This document shows positions 51,801 through 60,405 of a DNA stretch of 64,000 bases, in pieces. Every line of letters starts with the position of its first letter. The first letter of the stretch is position 1. This DNA is from Chthoniobacterales bacterium (GTDB lineage Bacteria; Verrucomicrobiota; Verrucomicrobiia; Chthoniobacterales; Chthoniobacteraceae). Under the pieces are notes generated by a model. It did no database searches. It had not been told where the DNA came from and was given only the letters and a program-made list of their open reading frames with translations. Position numbers and translations under genes: made by a program. The stretch spans positions 64,001-128,000 of the forward strand of contig JBBQZX010000009.1 in assembly GCA_038207335.1 (NCBI GenBank), in the 5' to 3' direction.

Positions 51801-54800
51801 GCGGTCGGGGCAGATTACGGCCCCGGGACCGAAGTCTCGACCAACGGCGGCACGACGTGGACCCCCGCGGCGACCGCGACTTTCGCGCCGGGTGCGACGA
51901 GCGTGCTCGTACGGACGCCGATCGTGAACGATACGCTGGATGAGAACACCGAGAACTTCACGCTCACCGCGACGACGACGGTCGGCAGCACGACCAACCT
52001 GAGCGCCACCGGCACCGGGACGATCATTGATGACGACGCGCCACCCTCCTTCACGATCGACGACGTGACGCGGAACGAGAAGGCGGGGACGATGACTTTC
52101 ACCGTCACGCTTTCGACGGCGAGCGGTTTGCCGATCACCGTCGGCTACGCGACGGCGAGCGGGACGGCGACGAGCAGCGCGGACTTCTCGCCGACGAGCG
52201 GGACGCTGAATTTCGCGCCCGGTGTGACCACGCAAACGATCGTCGTCCCGATCACGGACGACACGATTTACGAGAACAGCGAAAACTTCACCGTGGTCCT
52301 GAGTGCGCCGACCAACGCGACGATCTCCGATGGAACGGGCCTCGGCACGATCCTCGACGACGGCACCGGCGGCGGTGGCGCGGATAACGACAAGCCGACG
52401 CTCGCCGTGGGCAACGTCTCGACGACCGAGGGCATTAACCCTTTCGCGGTCTTCACCGTTTCGCTTTCCAATCCGTCGGCCTTCACGACGACGGTCTCGC
52501 TTGCGCTGGCGAATGGCACCGCGGTCGCCACGGATTACGGCCCCGGTCTGGAAGTCTCGACGAACGGCGGCACGACCTGGACGGCAGCGGCGACGGCGAC
52601 ATTTGCCCCCGGCGTCACAAGCCTGCTCGTCCGCACGCCGATCGTGGACGATGCCGTCGCGGAGAGCACGGAAGCCTTCACGCTAACCGCGACGACGACG
52701 GTGGGCACGACCGCGAACCCGAGCGCCACCGGCACCGGGACGATTGTCGATGACGACGCGGCACCCGCCTTCACGATCAATGACGTGACCCGCAACGAGA
52801 AAGCCGGCACCGCGACCTTCACCGTCACGCTCTCGAGCGCGAGCGGCCTGCCGATCACGGTCGGCTACGCGACGGTTGGCGGGACGGCGACGAGTGGCGC
52901 GGACTTCGCACCGACATCCGGCACGCTGAGTTTCGCGCCGGGCGTCCTCACGCAGACGATCGTCGTGCCAATCACGGACGACACGATCTTTGAGAATAGC
53001 GAGAGCTTCACCGTCGTCCTGAGCGCGCCGACGAATGCGACGATCACCGACGGCAGCGGCCTCGGCACGATCCTCGACGACGGCACCGGCGGCGGCGGAG
53101 TGGACGACGACCGTCCGACGCTCGCCGTGGGCAACGTCTCGACGACCGAGGGAATCAATCCGTTCGCGGTCTTCACGGTTTCGCTTTCGAATGCGTCGGC
53201 GTTCACGACCACGGTCGCGCTGACGCTGGCCGACGGCACGGCGATCGGCGCGGACTACGGCCCCGGACTCGAAGTCTCGACCAACGGCGGCACGACTTGG
53301 ACCGCGGCCGCGACGGCCACCTTCGCTCCCGGCGCGACTAGTCTGCTCGTCCGCACGCCGATCGTGAACGACACGCTCGACGAGAACACCGAGGCTTTCA
53401 CGCTCACCGCGACGACGACGGTGGGCACGACCGCGAATCCGAGCGCCACCGGCACCGGCACGATCCTCGACAACGACGCGCCGCCCGCCTTCACGATCGA
53501 CGACGTGATCCGCAACGAAAAAGCGGGCACGGCGACCTTCACCGTCACGCTCTCCACCCCGAGCGGCCTGCCGATCACGGTGGACTTTGCGACCGCGAGC
53601 GGGACGGCCACGAGCGGCGCGGACTTCTCGCCGACGAGCGGCACGCTGAATTTCGCACCCGGCGTCACCACGCAGACGATCGTCGTCTCGATCACGGACG
53701 ACACGATCTTTGAAAACAGCGAGAGCTTCACTGTCGTCCTGAGCGCGCCGACGAACGCGACCATCACCGACGGCAGCGGCCTCGGCACGATCCTCGACGA
53801 CGGCACCGGCGGCGGAGGGGCAGACAACGACAAGCCGGTCCTCGCGATCAACAACGTCTCGGGCACGGAAGGAACCGACCCGTTTGAGGTCTTCACGGTC
53901 TCGCTATCCAATCCCTCGGCTTTTGCGACGACCGTGTCGCTGGCGCTGGCCAACGGCACCGCGGGCGCCGCGGATTACGGCCCCGGTCTGGAAGTCTCGA
54001 CGAATGGCGGCACGACGTGGACCCCCGCGGCGACGGCCACCTTCGCCCCCGGCGCGACCAGCCTCCTCGTCCGCACGCCGATCGTGGACGACGCCTTGGC
54101 GGAGAACACAGAAGCCTTCACGCTCACCGCGACGACGACTGCCGGGACGACCGCGAATCCCAGCGCCACCGGCACCGGGACCATCCTCGACAACGACGCC
54201 GCCTCCTTCTCGATCAACAACGTGACCGTCGCCGAGGAAGCCGGCACCGCGACCTTCACGGTCACGCTTTCCACGCCGAGCGCGCTGACCACGACGGTCA
54301 GCTACGCCACGGCGAGCGGGACGGCGACGAGTGGCGTCGATTTTACGGCAAAGAGTGGCACGCTTAGCTTCGCGCCGGGCGTGCTCACGCAGACGATCAC
54401 CGTGCCGATCATCGACGACGCGATCTACGAGAATAGCGAGAACTTCACCGTGACCCTGAGCGCCCCGACCAACGCGACCATCGCGAACGGCACGGGCGTC
54501 GGCACGATCGTCGATGATCCGATGATCGACAACCGACCGCCGGTCGCGAACCCCGACTCCGCGACGACGCCGGAAGACACCGCGGTCAACATCCCGGTGC
54601 TCACGAACGACACCGATCCCGACAGCGATCCGCTGACCGTGACGATCGCGACCGTTCCGCCGGCGCAGGGCACCGTAATCATCAACCCCGACGGCACGCT
54701 GACCTTCACCCCGGCGCCGAATTTTAACGGCCTCGCGACGGTCAACTACATGATCACCGACGGCAACGGCGGCAGTTCTTCCACGATCGTGACTGTGACG

Positions 54801-57707
54801 GTGACGCCAGTGAACGACGCGCCGGTCGCGGTAAACGACAGCGCGCGGACGCCGCAGGATCGCCCGATTGCGATTGAGATTCTCGCGAACGATTCCGACC
54901 CGGAAGGCAATCCGCTCACCGTCACGACCGCGACGGTCACTGGCGGCCGTGGCAGCGTGGTGATCAATCCCGACGGCACGATCGAGTTCACGCCGGCGCC
55001 CGGCTTCACCGGCCCCGCGACCGTGGTTTACACGATCTCCGACGGACAGGGTGGAACCGCCACGGCGACGGTGGATATCCTCGTCGATGGGCTGCCAATC
55101 GCGACGGATGACTTCGCCTCGACCACGCCCGGCACGGCGGTCCTGATCCCGGTGCTCGGCAACGACATCGACCCCGAAGGCCTGCCGCTCACGCTCGTCT
55201 CCGCGACGATCCTGCCGAGCCAGGGGACGCTGACGATCTCGGGGGGCCAGCTTCTTTACACCCCCGCCGCCGGCGTCGTCGGCACGGTGGTCGGCCGCTA
55301 CACCATCACCGACCAGGCGGGCAACATCGCCTCCGCAAACGTCACCATCACCATCGCGCAGACCCCGCCGCCTGCGCCGCCGGTCGCGACGAGCGACTCC
55401 GCTTCCACGGTGCAGCAGACGCCGGTGACGATCCCGGTTTTGCAAAATGACAGCGACCCCGCGGGCGGCGCGCTGACCGTGATCACGGCGAGCGTCCCGG
55501 CTGCGCAAGGCACGGTCGTCATCAACCCGGACGGCACGCTCACATTTACCGCAGCCCCCGGTTTTGAGGGAACCGCGACGATCAACTACACGATCCAGAA
55601 TCCCGTCGGCGACACCGCCACTGCGCCAGCAGTCGTGCAGGTCACCGGTGGCAATAGGCCCCCGATCGCGTCGCCCGATTCCGCGACTGCGGCGAGCGGC
55701 GTGCCGAAAATCGTGCGCCTCCTCCGCAACGACACCGACCCCGACGGCGACCCGCTCAGCGTGGTCTCTGCGAGCGTCCCGATCGCGCAGGGAACGGTGA
55801 CCGTGAACCCCGATGGCACCGTGACCTTCACCTCCGCGCCCGGCTTCACCGGCACGGCCGTGATCGACTACACGATCACCGACGGCAATGGCGGCAACAG
55901 CTCCAGCACCGTTTCGATCCTCGTGAGCGCCGCGCCCGTGAACGCCCCGCCGGTCGCAGTGAACGACACCGCCACCACGCCGGTCGGTCAGCCGATCGAT
56001 GTGCCGGTCCTCGACAATGACAGCGATCCCGACGGCGACCTGCTCACCGTCACGAGCGTCACCGTTCCTGCCGGCCAAGGCACCGCGACGATCAATCCCG
56101 ACGGCACGATTCACTTCGTCCCGCCGCCCGGATTGAACGACGACGTGGTCCTCACCTACACGATCTCCGACGGTAATGGCGGCACGGCCACCGCGCTCGT
56201 CACGATCAATGTGAACGACAAGCCGATCGCCGTGGCCGACCAGGCCAGCACTCTGCCCGCGGTGCCGGTCACCGTTGCGGTGCTCACGAACGATTCCGAC
56301 CCGAACGGCAACCCGCTCACCGTCACCGACGCGACGGCCGACCCCGCGGAAGGCACGCTCGTCATCAACCCTGACGGCACGATCCGCTTCACGCCGGTCG
56401 CAGGATTCACCGGCATCGCGGAGGTGACCTACACGATCACCGACGGCAAGGGCGGCTACGCGGAAGCCATCGCCTACATCACGGTCAACAGCCCGCCCGT
56501 GCCGGTGGACGACACCGCCTTCACCCCTCTCGGCCAGCCCGTGACCGTCGCCGTCCTCGCCAATGACACCGACCCCGACGGCGACCCGCTCACGGTCATT
56601 GGCGCGACCGTCGATCCGATCCAAGGCACAGTCGTCATCAACCCCGACAACACGCTCACCTTCACCCCCGCGCCGACCTTCACCGGACCCGCGATCATCA
56701 CCTACGTGATCCGCGATCCGAGTGGCGCGCAGCGTTCCGCGCTCGTCACGATCACCCGGGGAAATATCGCGCCCGACTCGGACGACCGCACGGTTTACAC
56801 CTACTGCGCCACGCCGCTGCGGATCAACCCGCGCCGCACCGCGACCGACGCCGACGGCGACCCGCTCACCGTCACCGCGGTCACTCAGCCGCGCTTCGGC
56901 CGGGTCAAGATACTGCCCGATGGCAACGTGCTCTACCGCCCGCGGCTGAACTACACGACCACCACGACCGACACCTTTACCGTCACGATCAGCGATGGCA
57001 AAGGCGGCACCACGATCGAGACGATCAGGGTCCGTTCGTTCGCGCAAATCGCAGGCACTTTCCAGGGCCTGATGGTCAACACCGCCCCGCCGATCATGCC
57101 GATCGTCCCGGTCGCGCCCACCACCCGCGGGCGCCTCAAGATCACGCTGAATAACAGCGCCGCATTCTCCGCGCGGCTGGAGATCGACGGCAGCGTCTCC
57201 GCCTTCACCGGCAAGCTGGTCGGCGCGCTGACCTACTCGCGCACGCTGCGCATCGCGGGCCAGTCGGCCACAGTCACGGTGACCTACGACGACCTCGCCG
57301 ATAGCTGGAGCGCCACCGTCACCGGACCCGGACTTGATGTCGAACAGGAAGCGGTCTACCTCGTGCGGCGTCCGATGAAAAAGCGCGCCGCCGCGGTCTA
57401 TCCCGTGCAGCAGTTGGTGCCGCGCGGCAGCGTCGTCGCACCCGGCACCGCGCTCGTCCGCGTCAACAAGACCGGATCGGTGACCATCGTCGGCAAACTG
57501 CCGAGCGGGGCGGCGTTCAGCTCGTCCGCGTATCTCGATGTGGCAAATTCAGCGCCGATCTTCGACTGGGTCCCCAACGGCGCGCAGAGCATCGCCGGTC
57601 CCGTGCAAATCCCCGCGGTCGTCCCCGGCACACCGACCGCCGCCTTCGAGTGGCAAGGCAATTTCCCCGGCCTGCCCGACATCCTCGATCTCGCCCCCGC
57701 GCCGTAG
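48846..57707 (+). CDS. Giant secreted adhesin: SBBP-associated N-domain/propeller, GEVED, about 8 Calx-beta, about 9 Ig-like (tandem-95/cadherin-like) repeats and a C-terminal domain
   Basis: Signal peptide; FQENVGQF; DYGDAP...GWIDFNLNGTFE...GELEDY; DTIYENSENFTVVLS; PVAVND..T....PV.I.VL.NDSDPDGDPLTV. Confidence 0.88.
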   Translation: MLVSFTSILSRKWLLLAAGALLTTASAHAGSAAPARSETDFAQPEKLTEKQRAAIHSVVRDSTEQIWFQENVGQFPKEARYGFKTTFGSMLIFENHLRIVANQRDAATGVVGVQAVDLAFPGGTGAWEIVTGGASAVTGSYQQKDGTTLTPRIFNELTIRNIYDGVDLRVYSADKGVLEFDWIVAKAQDYAQIRLAATGQDGMIFNADGSATLGLRFQDLTLNMPATYQVIDGEKHALHGAMVAAETPGTMRYAISGDLVADQPLIIDPNVVWSTYIDLNDLATDTTDSTPSAPFDSYIFAVNANANGTYASGWIGEIITNGSYANYMEVNAGFVQGTVVNQTYLYRLSNDGLNITAWTSTGVTSPTGGVTNQKLGAVPADLELFPDGRVILGFGNGLVQIYSANLGARGYSGTPVTMDTLNSVAVVNNNSFYVGGRVAAAIPIAQIPVANVGPDATFAGTLEGVIIRYSNAATTPTPDWATYVGGDAQEYFTAVSMTPDLSKVVFATSTTGGANFPALVNAVDSTISGTELLVGVLAESATKPAAFSVFSFLGGTGDEGTVATNTMAALVTATNTDFFVGGTTASTDLPGTVGGAQPANGGGVFDAFASRIPLNGSAGVGFQSTYMGGAGQDRIGGIAYDVRADRLLIFGTTTGTFPTVDTVPPSNYYASAFGGGTYDIFVATVNGALTLKDYATYIGGSVNDYLGQTGNLVGQGHVVYSQATGLTYLATTVHSADLPASAIGTPPGKDRVKSNGVNDTHFVIAFNINSFDYGDAPATYEGGSPAREALTATLRIGATIDAEATAASGVGATGDDLLTSDDEDGIAALPTLLTTQTSHSVAVSVFNNTGVARTLRGWIDFNLNGTFEAGESASVSVPASAVQQTVTLTWATLPGITAGQSYLRVRLSDTALVDNAGTANIDERSIGTGGSGELEDYALTIAPLTLAVSNVSTTEGVDPFAIFNVTLSQPSPSAVTVSLALANGTAVGADYGPGTEVSTNGGTTWTPAATATFAPGATSVLVRTPIVNDTLDENTENFTLTATTTVGSTTNLSATGTGTIIDDDAPPSFTIDDVTRNEKAGTMTFTVTLSTASGLPITVGYATASGTATSSADFSPTSGTLNFAPGVTTQTIVVPITDDTIYENSENFTVVLSAPTNATISDGTGLGTILDDGTGGGGADNDKPTLAVGNVSTTEGINPFAVFTVSLSNPSAFTTTVSLALANGTAVATDYGPGLEVSTNGGTTWTAAATATFAPGVTSLLVRTPIVDDAVAESTEAFTLTATTTVGTTANPSATGTGTIVDDDAAPAFTINDVTRNEKAGTATFTVTLSSASGLPITVGYATVGGTATSGADFAPTSGTLSFAPGVLTQTIVVPITDDTIFENSESFTVVLSAPTNATITDGSGLGTILDDGTGGGGVDDDRPTLAVGNVSTTEGINPFAVFTVSLSNASAFTTTVALTLADGTAIGADYGPGLEVSTNGGTTWTAAATATFAPGATSLLVRTPIVNDTLDENTEAFTLTATTTVGTTANPSATGTGTILDNDAPPAFTIDDVIRNEKAGTATFTVTLSTPSGLPITVDFATASGTATSGADFSPTSGTLNFAPGVTTQTIVVSITDDTIFENSESFTVVLSAPTNATITDGSGLGTILDDGTGGGGADNDKPVLAINNVSGTEGTDPFEVFTVSLSNPSAFATTVSLALANGTAGAADYGPGLEVSTNGGTTWTPAATATFAPGATSLLVRTPIVDDALAENTEAFTLTATTTAGTTANPSATGTGTILDNDAASFSINNVTVAEEAGTATFTVTLSTPSALTTTVSYATASGTATSGVDFTAKSGTLSFAPGVLTQTITVPIIDDAIYENSENFTVTLSAPTNATIANGTGVGTIVDDPMIDNRPPVANPDSATTPEDTAVNIPVLTNDTDPDSDPLTVTIATVPPAQGTVIINPDGTLTFTPAPNFNGLATVNYMITDGNGGSSSTIVTVTVTPVNDAPVAVNDSARTPQDRPIAIEILANDSDPEGNPLTVTTATVTGGRGSVVINPDGTIEFTPAPGFTGPATVVYTISDGQGGTATATVDILVDGLPIATDDFASTTPGTAVLIPVLGNDIDPEGLPLTLVSATILPSQGTLTISGGQLLYTPAAGVVGTVVGRYTITDQAGNIASANVTITIAQTPPPAPPVATSDSASTVQQTPVTIPVLQNDSDPAGGALTVITASVPAAQGTVVINPDGTLTFTAAPGFEGTATINYTIQNPVGDTATAPAVVQVTGGNRPPIASPDSATAASGVPKIVRLLRNDTDPDGDPLSVVSASVPIAQGTVTVNPDGTVTFTSAPGFTGTAVIDYTITDGNGGNSSSTVSILVSAAPVNAPPVAVNDTATTPVGQPIDVPVLDNDSDPDGDLLTVTSVTVPAGQGTATINPDGTIHFVPPPGLNDDVVLTYTISDGNGGTATALVTINVNDKPIAVADQASTLPAVPVTVAVLTNDSDPNGNPLTVTDATADPAEGTLVINPDGTIRFTPVAGFTGIAEVTYTITDGKGGYAEAIAYITVNSPPVPVDDTAFTPLGQPVTVAVLANDTDPDGDPLTVIGATVDPIQGTVVINPDNTLTFTPAPTFTGPAIITYVIRDPSGAQRSALVTITRGNIAPDSDDRTVYTYCATPLRINPRRTATDADGDPLTVTAVTQPRFGRVKILPDGNVLYRPRLNYTTTTTDTFTVTISDGKGGTTIETIRVRSFAQIAGTFQGLMVNTAPPIMPIVPVAPTTRGRLKITLNNSAAFSARLEIDGSVSAFTGKLVGALTYSRTLRIAGQSATVTVTYDDLADSWSATVTGPGLDVEQEAVYLVRRPMKKRAAAVYPVQQLVPRGSVVAPGTALVRVNKTGSVTIVGKLPSGAAFSSSAYLDVANSAPIFDWVPNGAQSIAGPVQIPAVVPGTPTAAFEWQGNFPGLPDILDLAPAP
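51675..54515 (+). repeat. Four ~720-bp tandem units, each encoding a pair of Calx-beta domains
   Basis: CAACGTCTC falls at the same offset on lines 51661, 52381, 53101 and 53821. Confidence 0.9.
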
Positions 57708-57773
57708 CCGGCCGTTAAAAAACGGGGCGAGTCCCCGGATGATTGGTGATCGGAGCGCGTCGAGCGTCCATCA

Positions 57774-58322
57774 AAAAAAGGAGAGGTCGTCGCGCGGCTC
57801 GACACCGCGACTTTGGCCGCCGAACTCGACATCGCAAATGCCGAGGCCAAATTGCAGTCGACCCGCAAATCAAGGCTGGAAGAGCTCGGGACGGCGAATC
57901 GCTCGACGCCGGAGGAGCTGGAAAAGGCGCGCACCGACCTGACGATCAAGCAGGCGCAGGTGCGGAAAATCGAGGCGATGATCGAGAACCGCACGATGCG
58001 GAGCCCGGTCGCCGGCGTCGTCACCGAGATTAAGCGCGACCCGAGCGAGAGCGTCTCCGCCGCACAGCCGCACGTCCTCACAGTCGTGCAAATCGACAAG
58101 CTGATCGCCAATCTTTTCCTCCCGCCTGCGCGTGCCGAATCCCTGAAAACTGGCGCCATCGCCGAGCTTCAGCTCCTCGACGAAAATCAAAAAGCGCCCG
58201 CGACGATCGAGTTCGTCAGCCCGATCACCGACTCCGCGAGCGGCACGGTGCGCGTGAAATTCGTCATCGATAACACCGCCGGCACACACCGCGCCGGCGG
58301 CCGCTGCACCCTCGCGGAGTAG
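57774..58322 (+). pseudogene. N-terminally truncated efflux/secretion membrane-fusion (periplasmic adaptor) protein
   Basis: KKGEVVARLD, helical hairpin, MRSPVAGVV and FVSPITDSASGTVRVK; in-frame TGA just upstream; anchor and first lipoyl half missing. Confidence 0.72.
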
Positions 58323-58330
58323 CCTCGACC

Positions 58331-58516
58331 TTAGTAAGGCGTGGTCACTTGCCGCCCGTCTTTTTTGTATTCGAACTGCCGGTTGTTCGCGTCATACACG
58401 CGTTCCGTGCTGCTGCCGGCGGACGCATGAGACGCGTGGGAGGTGGCCTGCGACGCGCATGAGGAAAGCAGCGAAACGAGGCCAACGATGGCGAGGGTGA
58501 GAATGGAGGTTTTCAT
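58331..58516 (-). CDS. Small lipoprotein
   Basis: MKTSILTLAIVGLVSLLSSC lipobox; 61 aa. Confidence 0.7.
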   Translation of the reverse strand: MKTSILTLAIVGLVSLLSSCASQATSHASHASAGSSTERVYDANNRQFEYKKDGRQVTTPY

Positions 58517-58757
58517 CGGCAGACAAATCGAACGTCTTGGACGCGGAAGCCGTATCGATTCGAGGTCGCGAGATTTGAAGCGCGGGAGCTTGTTCCCGCA
58601 TTCCTCAGCCCTTCCCGCCCCTTCTCGATGCCAAGCGGAGCTTCGGAACGAGAGTCTCCCGGCGAGGAGTTCGTCTGTGCACGGCTACAACTCGCATACC
58701 GTCTTTCTCGGTGTCTCCACGACTCGGCGATTCTTTCGCGTGGCTGATTCCAAGACG

Positions 58758-58788
58758 AAAAAAAGGGCGGGATCGAAATCCCGCCCTT
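58758..58788 (-). terminator. Intrinsic terminator
   Basis: AAGGGCGGGAT-CGAA-ATCCCGCCCTT hairpin with an A7 run (U-tract on the minus strand), downstream of the 58818 stop. Confidence 0.85.
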
Positions 58789-58817
58789 CTCAAAACTTAA
58801 ACGCTCGCGCTTTTCGC

Positions 58818-60155
58818 CTACTGGCTCACCGGAGTGGGCTCGCCGACGAGGACTGGCGGGAATCCCAGTGAGCCGGGGAGGTAAGGCGAAGAAAGCAGTT
58901 CCTTGACCTCCTCCAGCGGCTCTTTGAAGTCCTTCGACTCTTTGCCGTCTTTCGAAGCATCGTAGCGAGCGCGACGAGGGTCGCGCTCGGGGCGGCTTTC
59001 CGCGATCGCTTCAAGCGACGGGGCTACTTCATTGCTGGCGAGCGAGATGTCGCTGAAGGTGTTCACTTCATGCAGCGCGATGACGTCGGTACCGTTGGTA
59101 GGAGTCCAGCGGGCGAGGATTTGCGAGCCGCTGATTGCGGGGAAATCCGCGGAGGCGGTTCCGCTCGAGCCATTGAATACCAAGCGGGCGGCAGGTGTGC
59201 GGCCTTCGAGCGAAACCGCTTTTGCCGGCGTGCTGGAAGTGGTCGCGGGGTTGCTCACTTTGATGAGATTCTGCTCCCCGGCATCAATGGTTTTTGTGAC
59301 TCCATCCGCGGGTGCAACGACGAAGATGTCGAGTGTGCCGATGGCTTTGTTATCGGCTTGGACGGCCAAGCGGGTGATGGACCTGCTCGCTTTGCTTTCG
59401 ATCACAAGGCCGGACTCCGTGGTGGTCGGGGCGATGGTCACTGCGCTCTCGGGATTGTCGTCGATGGCCTTTTGCCAGGAGACGTATCCCTCGGCTGAGT
59501 TTGCGTAGGCGACGCGGCTGTCGCTGTAGAGTGCCGCGGCGTTGAAGCTCGTCTGAAGATTCACTGCGGAGCCGAAGACGGCATTGACATCGATCGGCTG
59601 CTCCCGCTGGCGAATGCTGTAGCTGGTGGCAGCCTGATCGCCGTAGAGATAGAGGCTGTAGAGCGAGCCGGCGTCGGCTACATCGGTTTCGATGAGCAGG
59701 TATTTCGCGAAACGGCTGAACGATTTCGCGAGTCGCTTGCCGTTGATTGTGTCGAAGGGCACGTCTTTCGCGATCACGCTCCACGATATCGCGCCAGGGG
59801 CGGCTGGGGAGTCGCCAGCGTAGAGCGTCACGGTTCCGGTCGCCGGGGCGGCGGAGACGCAGAAGTTCGTCAAAAGCTGGGGCTCGGAAAGGACGACGAG
59901 GTAATCCTGCTTGCCGGGAAGCATGGGATACCGGGTCGTCACATCGTCATCCAGCCACGCAGCGGCGGCTTCGGTTGCGGTGTACTCTTTGCTCGCGGAG
60001 TCAAAGTGGCGAAGGTTTGTGCCTAGGTGCTGCCGGGCGAGATTTTTTGGAAAAATCTGCAACTGCCGGGAAGCGTTATCCGAATCGGACGGTGCCGCGA
60101 AAGCGGCACCTGAGCAGGTCAAGGCGACGAGAGAAACCAGCGTTTTGGTCTTCAT
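58818..60155 (-). CDS. Secreted hypothetical protein, possibly two galactose-binding-like/discoidin-like domains
   Basis: Signal peptide MKTKTLVSLVALTCSGAAFA; two segments with AWLDDDVTT and KAIDDNPES; C-terminal DASKDGKESKDFKEP. Confidence 0.65.
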   Translation of the reverse strand: MKTKTLVSLVALTCSGAAFAAPSDSDNASRQLQIFPKNLARQHLGTNLRHFDSASKEYTATEAAAAWLDDDVTTRYPMLPGKQDYLVVLSEPQLLTNFCVSAAPATGTVTLYAGDSPAAPGAISWSVIAKDVPFDTINGKRLAKSFSRFAKYLLIETDVADAGSLYSLYLYGDQAATSYSIRQREQPIDVNAVFGSAVNLQTSFNAAALYSDSRVAYANSAEGYVSWQKAIDDNPESAVTIAPTTTESGLVIESKASRSITRLAVQADNKAIGTLDIFVVAPADGVTKTIDAGEQNLIKVSNPATTSSTPAKAVSLEGRTPAARLVFNGSSGTASADFPAISGSQILARWTPTNGTDVIALHEVNTFSDISLASNEVAPSLEAIAESRPERDPRRARYDASKDGKESKDFKEPLEEVKELLSSPYLPGSLGFPPVLVGEPTPVSQ

Positions 60156-60405
60156 AATGTGGAGTTCAGTATCGGGTTTGGGTTAAATTGGAAGCAGGAA
60201 AAGAAGACGATGCGAATTTCGGTGGTTGTGGAAATTTCAGCAAATATGGAAGGTTTTTTGACGCGGGCAATGATTTTCTTTCGGGAAAAAAGGTGTGTCA
60301 GCGATGGCGAATTTGGTTGGCAAACTCCTTGATGAAAAGTTATTAACAATACCGGACTGGTGCGTCTGATGCTCGCGTCTCCCGTTACTTTAAAAAACAC
60401 AAATT

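Noticed and set aside
53904..57047. 1047-aa minus-strand ORF, and similar long antisense ORFs such as 36570-38984, 40938-42626 and 49812-51362
   Set aside because: Shadow ORFs of GC-rich repetitive adhesin genes, Arg/Gly-rich with no domain motifs.
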